Shown here: one piece after another, positions 36,201 to 47,400 of the stretch
How positions within the stretch are numbered: the stretch's first letter is position 1
Layout of the letters: each line of letters starts with the position of its first letter
Assembly (NCBI GenBank): GCA_004764695.1
Contig: SMSO01000031.1
Span: 7,794,761-7,858,760, forward strand
DNA from: Schizochytrium sp. TIO01
Lineage: Eukaryota > Protista > Bigyra: Labyrinthulomycetes
Reading direction: 5' to 3'
Length of the DNA stretch: 64,000 bases
Notes under the pieces: model-generated
Seen by the model: the letters and a program-made list of their open reading frames with translations, nothing else
The model's database searches: none
What the model was told of the DNA's origin: nothing
Translations under genes and position numbers: made by a program

Positions 36201-37702
36201 CAATCAATCTTGTTGTCCGGGTTGCAAAAACGTTCAATCTCATCCTGCTTCGCTTGGGAGAATGGAGATGCCAGCCAAGCCTCAGCCATGGCATGCTCGT
36301 CCTTCGGAGCATCACCACGCGTGCGATACTTGATGCGGTGCGCCGTCGTTACTTCTTGAATGAAGTCGGCAACATCAATATCATCTGGACAGCGAAAGCC
36401 GATACTCTCAAAGTACGGCAATACATCCTCACGCTTCCCGTGGAACATGGTCATACCCATGGCCATGATCAAAATCTCGTCAAAAAGATCATAAGTCTCA
36501 GGCGGCGGCTGAAGCAGCGCGCAAATGGCAGTGAGGCCAAGTCGCTTTGCAACACCGGTGATACGACGGTTGATGTCAAAGGTGGCAGAACTATCAAGAC
36601 CAGTACTGATCTGATCGTAAAATGCAACAGGACGACGGGCCATCATCATCTCAGCGGATGTGACACGTTTCTTCTCACCACCGGAGACGCCTCGGAGGAG
36701 CTCGTTACCAACAATGGTGTCGGCAGCGTTGGATAGGGCCAAGTTGCGAATAACAAAGTCAGGGAAGTTATCGAACTGCTCGTGGATGCGGGCAATGTCC
36801 CGATCGCTTGCATTGCTGTTGACGCCGACCTTGGCAATCATTTTTTTGGCCTCCTCGGGACCTCCAAAGCAATCATAGGCAAACTGCAAGGTCTCACGCA
36901 CGGTGAGTACTGGGTTGTGGTTATCATTTTGGTCAACATAGGTGGCTAATTTACGAACATGGAGATCTTGAGGAGCGTAACCAGAATAGTATAGGTCACC
37001 AGTAATCTTGCGTCCTGCACCGGTCTTGACACGGCCAGACAAAAGCTTAAAGAGAGTGGTGACGCCACATCCAGGAGGTCCGAGGACGAGTGTCGAAGAT
37101 CCAGCTTTGAAGACTCCTGCCATCTTATTGATAATAGGCAAGTCCATTCGGCTGTTTTTGCCTGTGCCACCCATGCAAGGCATCACGAAGGCGCTGGCAA
37201 CGTTTACAATACCAGGATTGTGTTTTGGCACATTAACAGTGAAGGTAAGGTCGCGGAAGGCAACGTTTACGGGCCATCGTCCGTCACCCTGGACACGCTG
37301 CATAATGTTAGCGTATGTCACCATGGTGAGTTCACGCATCGCAGATCCGATAGCAGTACCGAGCCTTGAACTGCGATCAATCTGGCCGTTCTCAAGGAGG
37401 TCTGCAAGAAGCATGACATCCTCTGTAGAGAGCTCCACGCTCATACGTTCTTTTGGGTCACTTCCGTAAACCTTTTCCTGGGTCTTCAGTTCGCTCTTGA
37501 TGTGGTCAAGCAGCTTGTCTACGCGTTGTTTCTTATCAGTTATCTGATGAATGCCGCTCTGAGCCCGAGTTGTGCCAGCGGCTCCATACGCTTCTTCTGA
37601 TTTTTCCAGATCCTCCTCAGAGTCCATACTGGCAGAATCCTCTTGCGGAGGCGAGTGCTGAGACCCAATGGCCTGTTTGTCGTCATCGTTGTTGACCAGC
37701 AT
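33284..37702 (-). CDS. Full-size ABCG/PDR transporter, copy 4 (1472 aa, intact, intronless)
   Basis: Single ORF with the same NBD-TMD-NBD-TMD motif set; ends SYLKR. Confidence 0.97.
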   Translation of the reverse strand: MLVNNDDDKQAIGSQHSPPQEDSASMDSEEDLEKSEEAYGAAGTTRAQSGIHQITDKKQRVDKLLDHIKSELKTQEKVYGSDPKERMSVELSTEDVMLLADLLENGQIDRSSRLGTAIGSAMRELTMVTYANIMQRVQGDGRWPVNVAFRDLTFTVNVPKHNPGIVNVASAFVMPCMGGTGKNSRMDLPIINKMAGVFKAGSSTLVLGPPGCGVTTLFKLLSGRVKTGAGRKITGDLYYSGYAPQDLHVRKLATYVDQNDNHNPVLTVRETLQFAYDCFGGPEEAKKMIAKVGVNSNASDRDIARIHEQFDNFPDFVIRNLALSNAADTIVGNELLRGVSGGEKKRVTSAEMMMARRPVAFYDQISTGLDSSATFDINRRITGVAKRLGLTAICALLQPPPETYDLFDEILIMAMGMTMFHGKREDVLPYFESIGFRCPDDIDVADFIQEVTTAHRIKYRTRGDAPKDEHAMAEAWLASPFSQAKQDEIERFCNPDNKIDCELRQEVYDSRQPLYANSLCREAGLVVSRQLRLAFRDIEFVRTRTIQALCVGVFMGSLFYKIDPNLPTSASEDQNPVLQRYGVLFTTMIHSALAGASQIPVVLSQRPVYYKQSDAYFFRTGSYVLGEFCSVLPLAFIESTLLSLMAFWISWMVPFGEHTATGYSDVGGCFMLYWLIMVILNISFGTWLRALASLSPSPSIGQVLSGICVASICLFSGYLLTADTVPVWFIWIYWLSPMAWAFRAGVIVIFRSEAYTQEQQDYAFALFGFENDVNYIYGAILLLVGYTIVGLYVSYLSYVHLRFEGGGSPPADLDDELDHLNGNDDVVQLEQALSGENGKSPAKTNSNTVEAVDPAAVSKNITFTPVDLVFKNLWYSVQGPKDGRGQYNLSLLKGISGYAEAGTLTALMGSSGAGKTTLMDVLALRKTSGKITGDVLVNGRPQERTTFSRIIGYVEQMDIHSPNATVHEALTFSAYLRQSSDIPTEDKDAFVEEVIKTLRMEPIRNMKIGFKGMGGLSTEQAKRLTIGVELSANPAIIFADEPTSGLDASSALVVMNGLERIARGGRTVVCTIHQPSKVIFEKFDRLLLVRRGGQMVYFGDLGKDSCDLLAYLDALPGTPGMPNPRYNPATYMLEAIGANAGAGADYAAEYENSAKRQENDQIIDALVQKNLAERPEIHFSSTYASTFGMQTDQLVKRWFRSYWRDVPYNTTRFVINIILAVFFGFSFLFRGSDISSASDVQSFVGALFLASTFMAVMAMNSAMPIVFIERASFYRERAASYYGVMPVVIATTLAEIPYATLACLIYVSIFYFMVGMWHNATAFWLFFAFYTIFYFCITYFGHLLAQALPNEQVANLVGSVVFACWCFSAGLMISIDDIPYFWQWFTYLNPLRFALDGLVVSQMACDDPSVQPADNPGCNIVEGNMTAWNMMQDRFGYSSDDWPWCLGTVVAFMGGFRILNGFCFAYVSYLKR

Positions 37703-38203
37703 GATAGGTCAAGTAGCTCCTTACTGGAGTAGACGAGTATCCGCTTGGTCTTTCCTCAAGGAGCCAAAGTTCCTTGCAAAGCAAAAAACGCCTGGTGATC
37801 AGTCTCGTATGGCCTGCCAGAGAAGAAGTTCTTCTCTGGTCCCAGACTAATCACAGATCAAACGTTCGGTCTTCAGCCAACCTAAAGCTTGATTCGGGTT
37901 TGCTTTCTTTTCGAAGCCCCTTCAAGCTCCTTGAACACCTTTGCTTGCGTCACCTAATGTTGCATTGCTCACGTAGTCAACCCGCTAGTAGAGAGCAGGC
38001 TTCCTAGAACGTGAGAAGCAAGTTGGCCAGCTTATTCTATTCAGTAGCTAGCTAGTTAGCTGTCTTTGAGTTCGAGGATTACTCGCGATTCTCCCAGAAG
38101 CGCTTTGTGCAACACCATTGCATCATCACCATCATCACCTTATTCCCCTTAAGTTTTCTTCTTCTGCCCTCTTTCGTCCCACATTACCAAGAATGAGCGG
38201 CGC

Positions 38204-38417
38204 CTGAAATCGACGACAATTTCCAACAAAAGAAAAAGAATTAAAAAAGGTGACTGCCGCGGAAAATAACCAAATCAGAGAAACAATCAAACTATCGAAG
38301 AAAGCGCGAAGGCAGGCCGTAGGGAAGGAAAGCAAACAGCTGTAACGCAACCAAACGCCTGCAAGCAGGTCCAAGCAAGCCATGACAACCTTGGAGACAG
38401 GCGAAAGCGTCACTCAC
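38204..38417 (-). other. Putative 5'-UTR intron of copy 4
   Basis: GAG|GTGAGT donor at 38417; pyrimidine tract CTTTTTTAATTCTTTTTCTTTTG followed by ...GATTTCAG|G acceptor at 38204. It lies 0.5 kb upstream of the copy 4 ATG on the same strand. Confidence 0.35.
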
Positions 38418-38819
38418 CTCGCTCGCTCCGATAGAAGGGGAAAGCAGACTTGGAAAGCAAAAAGTAGGCTTTCAAAGAATGCTATGACGAACCTCGAGCA
38501 ACAGAAACGCAATCTTTGCGGTACTTTTCCTTCAATTCCCCGGCCCTCCTTCCTCTCCAGCACTGCTCATATTCACGCACCTCCCAAACCAGACAAACAC
38601 AAAGACCGACGTCTTCGTTGATCCTTGTTGGGCCCATCGCCCACGTCCACGAAGTTCAAGGTCTTGAACCTCGAAGTTCTGATCGATTATCGACGAAAGA
38701 AACAACGAAAGAAGCTTCAAAACAAGCATTGAAATATCGAGCAAAGGCTTTTAGGCATACATACTTTAGAAGAAACATTTCCTCTCATCGCCTCCTTTCT
38801 ATTAAAAGGCCATCGCAGA

Positions 38820-38820
38820 T

Positions 38821-38847
<27 letters not shown>
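38820..38847. repeat. (CT)n microsatellite
   Basis: About 13 CT units. Confidence 0.9.
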
Positions 38848-38852
<5 letters not shown>

Positions 38853-41800
38853 CTTTCTTTCTGCAAAGTTGACACACGCACGCACCTCGAGAGACAGCCG
38901 GGGTCGGTCCCGAGACTTTTGCCAGTGTTCTTGTTCTTGACGGAGCCGCTGCCTCTTGGATGGGCTGTTGGTCCTCGCTCGGGCTTGGAGCTGTGAGCTT
39001 TGAGAGGAAGCGTTTCTTGCAACGCGCAGAGCTCTGGAGCGAAACAATGTGGCTGCTGGAAAGGGCTTGGCCAGGTACTGCCAACGTCATTTGCTTGAAG
39101 GTTTCAGTTCCACGCCCAAGTGACTTAGTCGTTCCATTTTAAAAATTCAATTCTTCTTCAACTTGGGGCGGTCTGTCGGTTTTGAACCGCGTTGGGGGAA
39201 CTCTTGAAACATCATTATTGTACTCTATTGTTATTCTTGTTTTTCACTACCTAGTTCAGTTCAGGATTGACAATTATTATTTTTTAATATTCTTTTTTAA
39301 TTCTTTTTAATCCTTTTTTATTTTAAAAGAAAGAAAATTATAAATCTAATCTGTGGATGTGCGTTTGTGCATGCTCTTTTTAGTTCTTTGAAGCGCGGCA
39401 AGCAAACCGACGATGCGTATGTAGCACAGGCCTGGACTTGAAATAATGGCGTTCCCGGTGCTTGCACGACAGATTTGATAAAGTACACTGGGTTTTCGAC
39501 ATTGTCCACGTTTATACTACTCCAAGTTTGCGATTTTCAACTTCGGGGTGTGCAATCTTGTTTCTTCTCCTCAGGTTTTCAAGTAGTTCTTCTTCAATGC
39601 CAAATCTGTTTCTGCTCGTGTTACGAAGGAAATTGGCACTCTCGAACTTGTTTAGCAGGGTATGTGCAATTTGGAGCTCGAGAGGCTGAAGATCGAAAAC
39701 TCAAGCGTAGTGAACGACAGAGACGCCTTTGCGACGACGGGTGCCTATCTCCTGTTACCACCACCTTGAAAACATTGGTGTGCATTTAATCTCTGGGCAC
39801 TGTGGTGATGATGAGACAAAAGTAGACCTTTTGGGAACTCGCGCTTCCTGGAATCCCCTTTGTTCTGCCTCGGTATTTCTTTTGCTGTTCTTGGTCTCAA
39901 AGATCTAAGAGTGGAGGTCGTCATTCGCAGCGAAATCTGAACGAGAGCATCGGCGTCGATCATTGACGAAGTTGGGGGCCGCGCGAAAGCTATGGATTTT
40001 CAGGATCAGAAACCAACAAGTAACTTGAGTGAAGCCACCGTGGTGCATCAAGACTGTAGAATGACTGGCTGGTACTTCCACGCACGCGTCGCGCCGTAGA
40101 GTTTTAGCGTTTGTCATGGTGAAATCTGAATTCCTCAATGCATTTTGCAGACTCAATACCTCTTTCAATAACTTCGCATGTAGTGGATACGCAGTATTCA
40201 CGGAGCTCGCTGATCCTATCCATGAAGAACCTCTCGACCTTATAAAATCTACGCGGCGGTGCGCATTGGATCTCATTCGCAAAGTTTGAAGCAGCTCGAG
40301 GTTAGCAGTATACTAATTGTCAAACGGCTTGTGCATCAAGCCATTGTGTCCTAGATTTTTAAGCAGATGTTCGCGGAGGCTGGTGGCAAAATCCTCCCGA
40401 CGATTACCAAACACCAGGCAATTAGTTCCGCTTTATCTGAGTTCGCACAGCCTCAGTCACAGCCCTCAGCTTTGTTTTGGCCACGACTTTTGGCGTCCCT
40501 CTGAGGGGCGAAATGCAAAGGAACAGTGTTCCCGCTGACAACCTAAACATCCGACAATTGAACGAAGAAGATGGCCAAGCAAGTAAAAAGTATTTCCTCG
40601 CAGTGCTACAAACGAGGCGGTGCAACCTCAATGATTCTCCGTCATGAACTACTAAGTACTGCTCTTGTTGAGATTGCCCAGACCGCCTATCGTGGTAGTA
40701 CCGACTATCTACATGTTATCTTGGTACCTGATGTTTATTCTTTGGCGCATATTTGTAGGTAGGTATGCTCCAAATTTACACACGGACGAGTGATGAAAAC
40801 CTGAATATACTACTACTGCAAGCAACTAAATGATTGCATGGCACTGCGACGTCAGAATAACAAAAAAAAGACTGAAATTAGCAAAAAAAATGCACCAATC
40901 TATCAATAAAGACAAACTCAAGTAGCTCTTACTCCTCGCTGACCTTTGGCTTAAGCAGTCAGTACCTGGTTGAGAGTTTTCGCGTTGCCCTGCTGGCTTG
41001 TGTTTGATGTTTGAGATGAACTCTGTTGAGAACGAGTAAGGTATTTGGCAGATGTGTAATAGTCACTCCCCGCGTTGGCTTGCCTAGGTACAAAAATAGA
41101 GGCCGAGAAGATTGGCTCGTGTCAGTTACGCGTAGGCATGCACGACAATTCCTATGTAGATAACGCCAGAAGCAGGGTGCCATACGAAATTCATAGGAAC
41201 ATTTAAACAAAATCCATGCATCTAACCAAATTAGCGTTGCTAACTATGATTGGATGATGGAGGATTTATAGAAATATGTGCATTGTTTCTGATAAAGTGA
41301 AACTGAGCCTTGATTCAGTCATGCGCAGATGGTCGAGTTAGGTTTTCTCAATACCTCGAGTCGCTTGGGCTTGAATTGAAAAAATCGCTTGCTTACTCAG
41401 GCTATATCTACCCTCTTGAAGGCAGACAGCACAGAGCCTCAACCAGTTAGTTAATTACCTACCTACTGGTAGGTGCTCCCAAAAGCAAGTCCCGCAACTT
41501 GACTACAGCTTTGCAAACACCCCACAGCCTCCACCTTTCCCTCATACTACATTCCCACACCACCCCCACAGTGTACTTTGGGTATATCCATATCTTACAA
41601 AAGCTCCTTCTGACGTTCCGCGCTGAACCCTTCCGATCGCCGGTTCATTCGCAGTTGCTAGGAGTGCTCTAGCAGGGCTACCAATAAGGAACGTACAGAG
41701 AACGTTCGAGGATCCGCTCGAGAACCTCTATGCTGCGATGGCCCCGACGCTGCTTGCTGTACATAATACATAGAGTATACACTAACTGCGTTCTACTTAT

Positions 41801-42290
41801 TCACTACGCATGGACCGCATTGGCGCGAGGGAGTCGCAGCGGTTTCGTGTAACGTCTAGGAAAGGAGGGCAGAATTCCGCGGTTTCTTTGCTTGTTCCTG
41901 AAGAGACGACGGATCCTCTCGATTGGTCAGTGGTTCTCAGAAGCGCAGAGACCTCGACTTCGCGCGAGATTCTAGCTCAGCATAGGCGTGTCGAAGACAG
42001 GTTTAGCTTCGGCTGCTACGGAGGAGCTGGCTGGGCATGGGAGGTAGTGGATGGATCGATGGATGGATTGGTTGGTCTGTCGCCGACTCTGAAGAGCGCC
42101 AGGAAGCCACCGAGTCTGGGCGGGTGCATGAGCGGGCGGATGGGCGATCGATCGCTCGAACGAAGCAACGAAGACGAAGCTAGAAAGCGAGAGAGAGAGA
42201 GAAGGCCCTGCGATGCATCCTAAGCCGAAGAAGCGGCGTGAAGACCGACGAAGGAAAGAAAGCGGTGCCTATTCCCTTTAGACTAAAGTC

Positions 42291-42334
42291 CCTGTCACTG
42301 TCACTCTGTCACTCTGTCACCCTGTCACTCTGTC
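42291..42334. repeat. (CTGTCA/CTCTGTCA)n imperfect tandem repeat
   Basis: cctgtcactgtcactctgtcactctgtcaccctgtcactctgtca. Confidence 0.85.
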
Positions 42335-42464
42335 AGTTGGTTGGGCTCCTGAGAAACCAGGTCACACAGGTGGAAGAAACGAGCCCAAGCGCAATCCCAT
42401 GTCGGCAGTTGCCCGATAGCCGTGCTGTCAAATCAGGGCGTTCACAGCAGACGCATCGGCACGC

Positions 42465-42558
42465 CATCCATCCATTCATCCATTCATCCATTCACTCATT
42501 CATCCATCCATTCATCCATTCGTTTGTTCATTCATACATTCGTTTATTCGCTCATTCA
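42465..42558. repeat. (TCCA/TTCA)n compound microsatellite
   Basis: Imperfect ccatccattcatccattc... run. Confidence 0.85.
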
Positions 42559-43382
42559 TGTCGCAAAAAGCCATAGCGCACCGTGAGGTTTGGGCTTTCT
42601 GTTTGATTTAACTTTCTTTGTTTTGTCTGTTTTGTTGTTTTGTTTGTATATTTCGAGAAGATTGAGGTTCGAGGCTTTCATTTCTTCCAAGTCGTGATAG
42701 TGTTCGTGGGTAGGTCTGAGTTTGCGGGTGTGCGCACGCCAGCTTGTAGGTAGGCCTAGCCAGAGGTAGCAAGAGATGGCGGAAGGCTTTATTTAGTTGC
42801 ATTGCAGGAGAATCGACGGCGATTAAGAAAGTCGCGATGGAGCAGTTAAGACCGAGGTAGGTTGGAAGAAGAAGAAGTACGTATGTATGTATGTAAAGTA
42901 AAGGAAAGTTCATTTAGAGAAGTGACAGAGTCTTTCCAAGAAAACGCTCGCTCCAAAGAAAGATTGGGCTTTCGATGGAGGTACGTGGATGATTGTCGAT
43001 TCTCAAAAGGACTTTCATTTCATTTCATTTCATGATGTTTCATTTCATGATTTTACATGTGTAAGCTTATTTTTTAATAATTTAGCTTCATGATCTTTTA
43101 CAAAAAGTATGTGTTTAGCGCGAAAAGAAAGGTTGAAGGACATCCTCGTTTTGGGAGCGAAGCGCGTCAGATGCAGCGTCGTGAACGGCGTCAGAATGGG
43201 CGACGGAGGAGGATTCGGCGTCTAGGTGCTCAAAGATCGACAGATCGATAGAGGACGGTAACGGTTCTGCCGATGGTGCAGACTTTGAGCTGGAACTTGG
43301 AGATAACAGCAGTTGAATTGTAGGAGAAGTTTGAGCCTCAGGAAACCGCCCCTTGGATCCAAGGCGGTGGCAATCTATCTAT

Positions 43383-43465
43383 GGCTTTGCTTTTGCTTTT
43401 GATTTTGATTTTGATCTGGCTGTTGGCTTTTGGCTTTTGGCTTTGGCTTTTGGCTTTGGCTTTTG
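43383..43465. repeat. (TTTTGA/TTTTGGC)n imperfect tandem repeat
   Basis: gctttgcttttgcttttgattttgattttg...ggcttttggcttttggctttggcttttgg. Confidence 0.85.
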
Positions 43466-44446
43466 AGAGGCTTGAGTCGTCCTGGGCGGTCGAAGACTTA
43501 CTCGCTTTCGTCTTGACTCATGAGCGACTTGAGTTGTGGCTTCTATCAGAAAGGGCCTTCAGGCTCCACGGAGAGAAGAGCAGTGATTCGTCGGATTGTA
43601 GTGAACAGGATCGTTGCTCGTGCGTGAACGAAGACCACGAGGTTGATCTGGTATTAATACGTTGCACACATTGTAAGGGAGGACTGATGACGCGACAAGA
43701 ACCAGAAATCAGGAGCGCCATGAAGCCAAAGATGCTGACGAGTGCTCTTGACTCACAAACCTATGGCGGTATGAAACAACATCAGGTTCAACACGGAATG
43801 GACGTTGTTGCGCTTTACAGACGTATTCGCTTCACCGGGAAAATACAAGGGAGTGCGAAGGGTTCTGTTCCTCCTTTAAGTTGGTTGGGTCAGTTTAAGC
43901 TTGCTTCTTCCAGATGAAACCGTGCAATCTTGCAATCCTGCAGATGAAAACCTGAAACTGCAAAGGAGCACTGCCATGTCCGAACTTGCTAACCAAGGAA
44001 TCCCAAGTATTAATTTGCTCTTTCGTCAACACTGCTAAGAGTTGGAGATTTTATTTTAGTTGAATATATATTTGATCCAGAGGATGAAGAGGTCATAGGC
44101 ATGGCAGAGTGTCAAATCTGTAGTCCGTCCTACGCATAACTGAGGACCGGAGTGCTCTATATCACGTGCCATAGGGGTCTATTGAAGGAGTACCTAGTAG
44201 TAGTATGGTGAAATATAGCCATACACATGCTATGATCAACAGGCCTCTTAGTATTCACCAAAGAAAGAAGCAACATACGCAAGAGCACGTTGGTGGTCTA
44301 TCTATATTCAAGAATGAAATACGTTTCTTGACGTAACAGCGAATTACAACTTTTGAGAAACTATTCATTATTACATCAATGTCTAGTGCTATGAAAAGCA
44401 CGAGGCAGGTCTTTGTTGTTGTAAAATAAGCATTCTCAACCATGCA

Positions 44447-47400
44447 TTATCGCTTCAAATATGACACAAATGCAAAACAAAAAGCATTCACAACTCGGAA
44501 TCCACCAGCAAAGGCGATAGTGGAGCCCAAGCACCACGGCCAATCGTCAGAACGGTATCCAAATCGAGTCTCCATTAAATTCCACGCAGTCATGTTACCT
44601 TCAACAATATTGCAGCCTGGGTTATCCGCAGGCTGCACAGACGGATCGTCGCAAGCCAACTGACTCACAACAAGACCATCCAGGGCAAAACGCAATGGAT
44701 TCAAGTACGTAAACCACTGCCAAAAGTACGGAATCTCGTCGATTGCAATCATTAGACCAGCTGCAAAGCACCAGCATGAAAATATTACAGAACCGACCAG
44801 GTTAGCAACTTGCTCGTTAGGTAACGCCTGAGCCAACAAATGTCCAAAATATGTGATGCACAAGTAAAAGACGGTGTAAAACGCGAAAAACAACCAAAAT
44901 GCAGTCGCATTGTGCCACATACCAACCATGAAATAAAAGATTGAAACATATATCAGGCATGCAAGAGTAGCATACGGGATCTCCGCGAGGGTGGTGGCAA
45001 TCACCACAGGCATCACACCGTAGTAAGACGCTGCACGTTCACGGTAGAATGAAGCACGCTCAATGAACACAATTGGCATGGCGCTGTTCATTGCCATCAC
45101 GGCCATGAAGTTTGTGGCTAGAAACAAGGCACCAACAAAACTCTGCACATCAGACGCCGTGGAGATATCGTGCCCTCGAAACAGAAATGAAAAGCCAAAG
45201 AACACGGCGAGAATAATATTGATCACGAAACGTGTCGTGTTGTACGGCACATCTCGCCAATACGAACGGAACCATCGCTTCACAAGCTGATCAGTCTGCA
45301 TTCCAAACGTACTAGCATATGTACTGCTAAAGTGGATCTCAGGACGCTCTGCAAGGTTCTTCTGAACAAGTGCATCGATTACCTGATCGTTCTCTTGACG
45401 TTTTGCACTGTTCTCGTACTCTGCTGCATAGTCAGCACCAGCTCCAGCATTAGCGCCAATGGCCTCAAGCATGTATGTTGCAGGGTTGTAACGAGGGTTC
45501 GGCATACCAGGTGTACCCGGCAACACATCGAGGTAAGCCAGCAGATCACAACTATCCTTGCCAAGATCGCCAAAGTACACCATCTGTCCACCACGACGAA
45601 CAAGCAACAAACGGTCAAACTTCTCGAAGATCACCTTGGAAGGCTGGTGAATCGTACATACCACCGTGCGACCTCCACGAGCAATCCGCTCAAGACCGTT
45701 CATCACTACAAGCGCGGAGCTCGCATCAAGGCCGGATGTGGGCTCATCAGCAAAGATAATTGCAGGGTTGGCTGAAAGCTCAACACCAATTGTCAAGCGC
45801 TTTGCCTGCTCCGTACTGAGACCGCCCATACCCTTGAAGCCAATCTTCATGTTACGGATAGGCTCCATGCGCAGAGTTTTGATAACTTCCTCAACAAAAG
45901 CATCCTTGTCTTCGGTGGGGATGTCACTGGACTGGCGAAGGTAAGCTGAGAATGTCAAAGCTTCATGAACAGTTGCATTTGGGCTATGGATATCCATCTG
46001 CTCGACATAACCAATGATGCGGGAGAATGTGGTGCGCTCCTGTGGACGACCATTGACAAGAACATCACCAGTGATTTTACCGCTGGTCTTACGAAGCGCC
46101 AAGACATCCATGAGGGTGGTTTTACCAGCACCACTACTTCCCATGAGGGCGGTAAGAGTTCCGGCTTCGGCATAACCGCTGATGCCTTTAAGGAGAGAAA
46201 GGTTGTACTGTCCACGACCATCTTTGGGGCCTTGGACAGAGTACCAAAGGTTCTTGAAGACCAGATCCACGGGAGTAAAGGTGATATTCTTCGAAACAGC
46301 TGCTGGGTCTGCAGAGGCGCTAGGGCCTTTGCCATCTACACTAGATGTGGCCCGGACTACTTCTTTGTTCCCATGGATGTGGTCAAGCTCACTTTCGAGA
46401 TCTGCAGGCGGACTTCCACCACCTTCAAAGCGGAGATGCACATAGCTGAGGTAGCTGATGTAGAGTCCAACGATAGTGTAGCCAATCAGAAGAAGAATTG
46501 CACCGTAGATGTAGTTGACATCATTTTCAAAGCCAAAGAGGGCAAAAGCGTAGTCTTGCTGTTCTTGTGTATAGGCTTCGGTTCTGAAGATAATAATTAC
46601 AGCTGCACGGAAACCCCACGCCATCGGAGACAGCCAGTAGATCCAAATGAACCATACAGGGACAGTATCTGCTGTGAGCAGGTAACCACTGAATAGACAA
46701 ATCGATACGACCGAGATACCAGCAAGCACTTGTCCAACCGATGGCGAAGGCGATAGAGAAGCAAGAGCACGAAGCCAGGTTCCAAATGAAATGTTAAGAA
46801 ACAGCATAATCAGCCAGTAAAGCATGAAACATCCACCCACATCAGAGTAGCCTGTCGGAGAGTGCTCACCAAACGGAACCATCCATGATATCCAGAATGA
46901 CAGCAACGTGAGCAAAGTAGACTCAATGAACGCTAATGGTAACACAGAGCAAAGTTCAGCAAAAACATAGCTTCCAGTGCGGAAAAAATACGCGTCACTC
47001 TGCTTGTAGTATATAGGGCGCTGGGAAAGTACAACAGGAATACTAGATGCACCTGCTAGAGCACTGTGAATCAGTGTTGTGAAAACAGCACCATATCTCT
47101 GTAAGACCGGACTTTGATCTTCAAGTGCGCTCGTTGGCATATTAGGGTCCATTTTGTAGAACAAGGAACCCATAAAGACACCAACACAGACTGCTTGAAT
47201 GGTGCGCGTACGCACAAACTCGATATCACGAAATGCGAGGCTCATCTGACGTTTTACAACCAGACCAATTTCACGACACAAGGAGTTCGCATAAAGTGGC
47301 TGACGTGAGTCGTAAACCTCTTGTCGAAGCTCACAATCAATCTTGTTGTCCGGGTTGCAAAAACGTTCAATCTCATCCTGCTTCGCTTGGGAGAATGGAG

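Noticed and set aside
43381-43917. 178-aa ORF with an apparent signal peptide
   Set aside because: The hydrophobic N-terminus is just the translated TTTTG[AG] repeat, and the remainder is unrecognisable.
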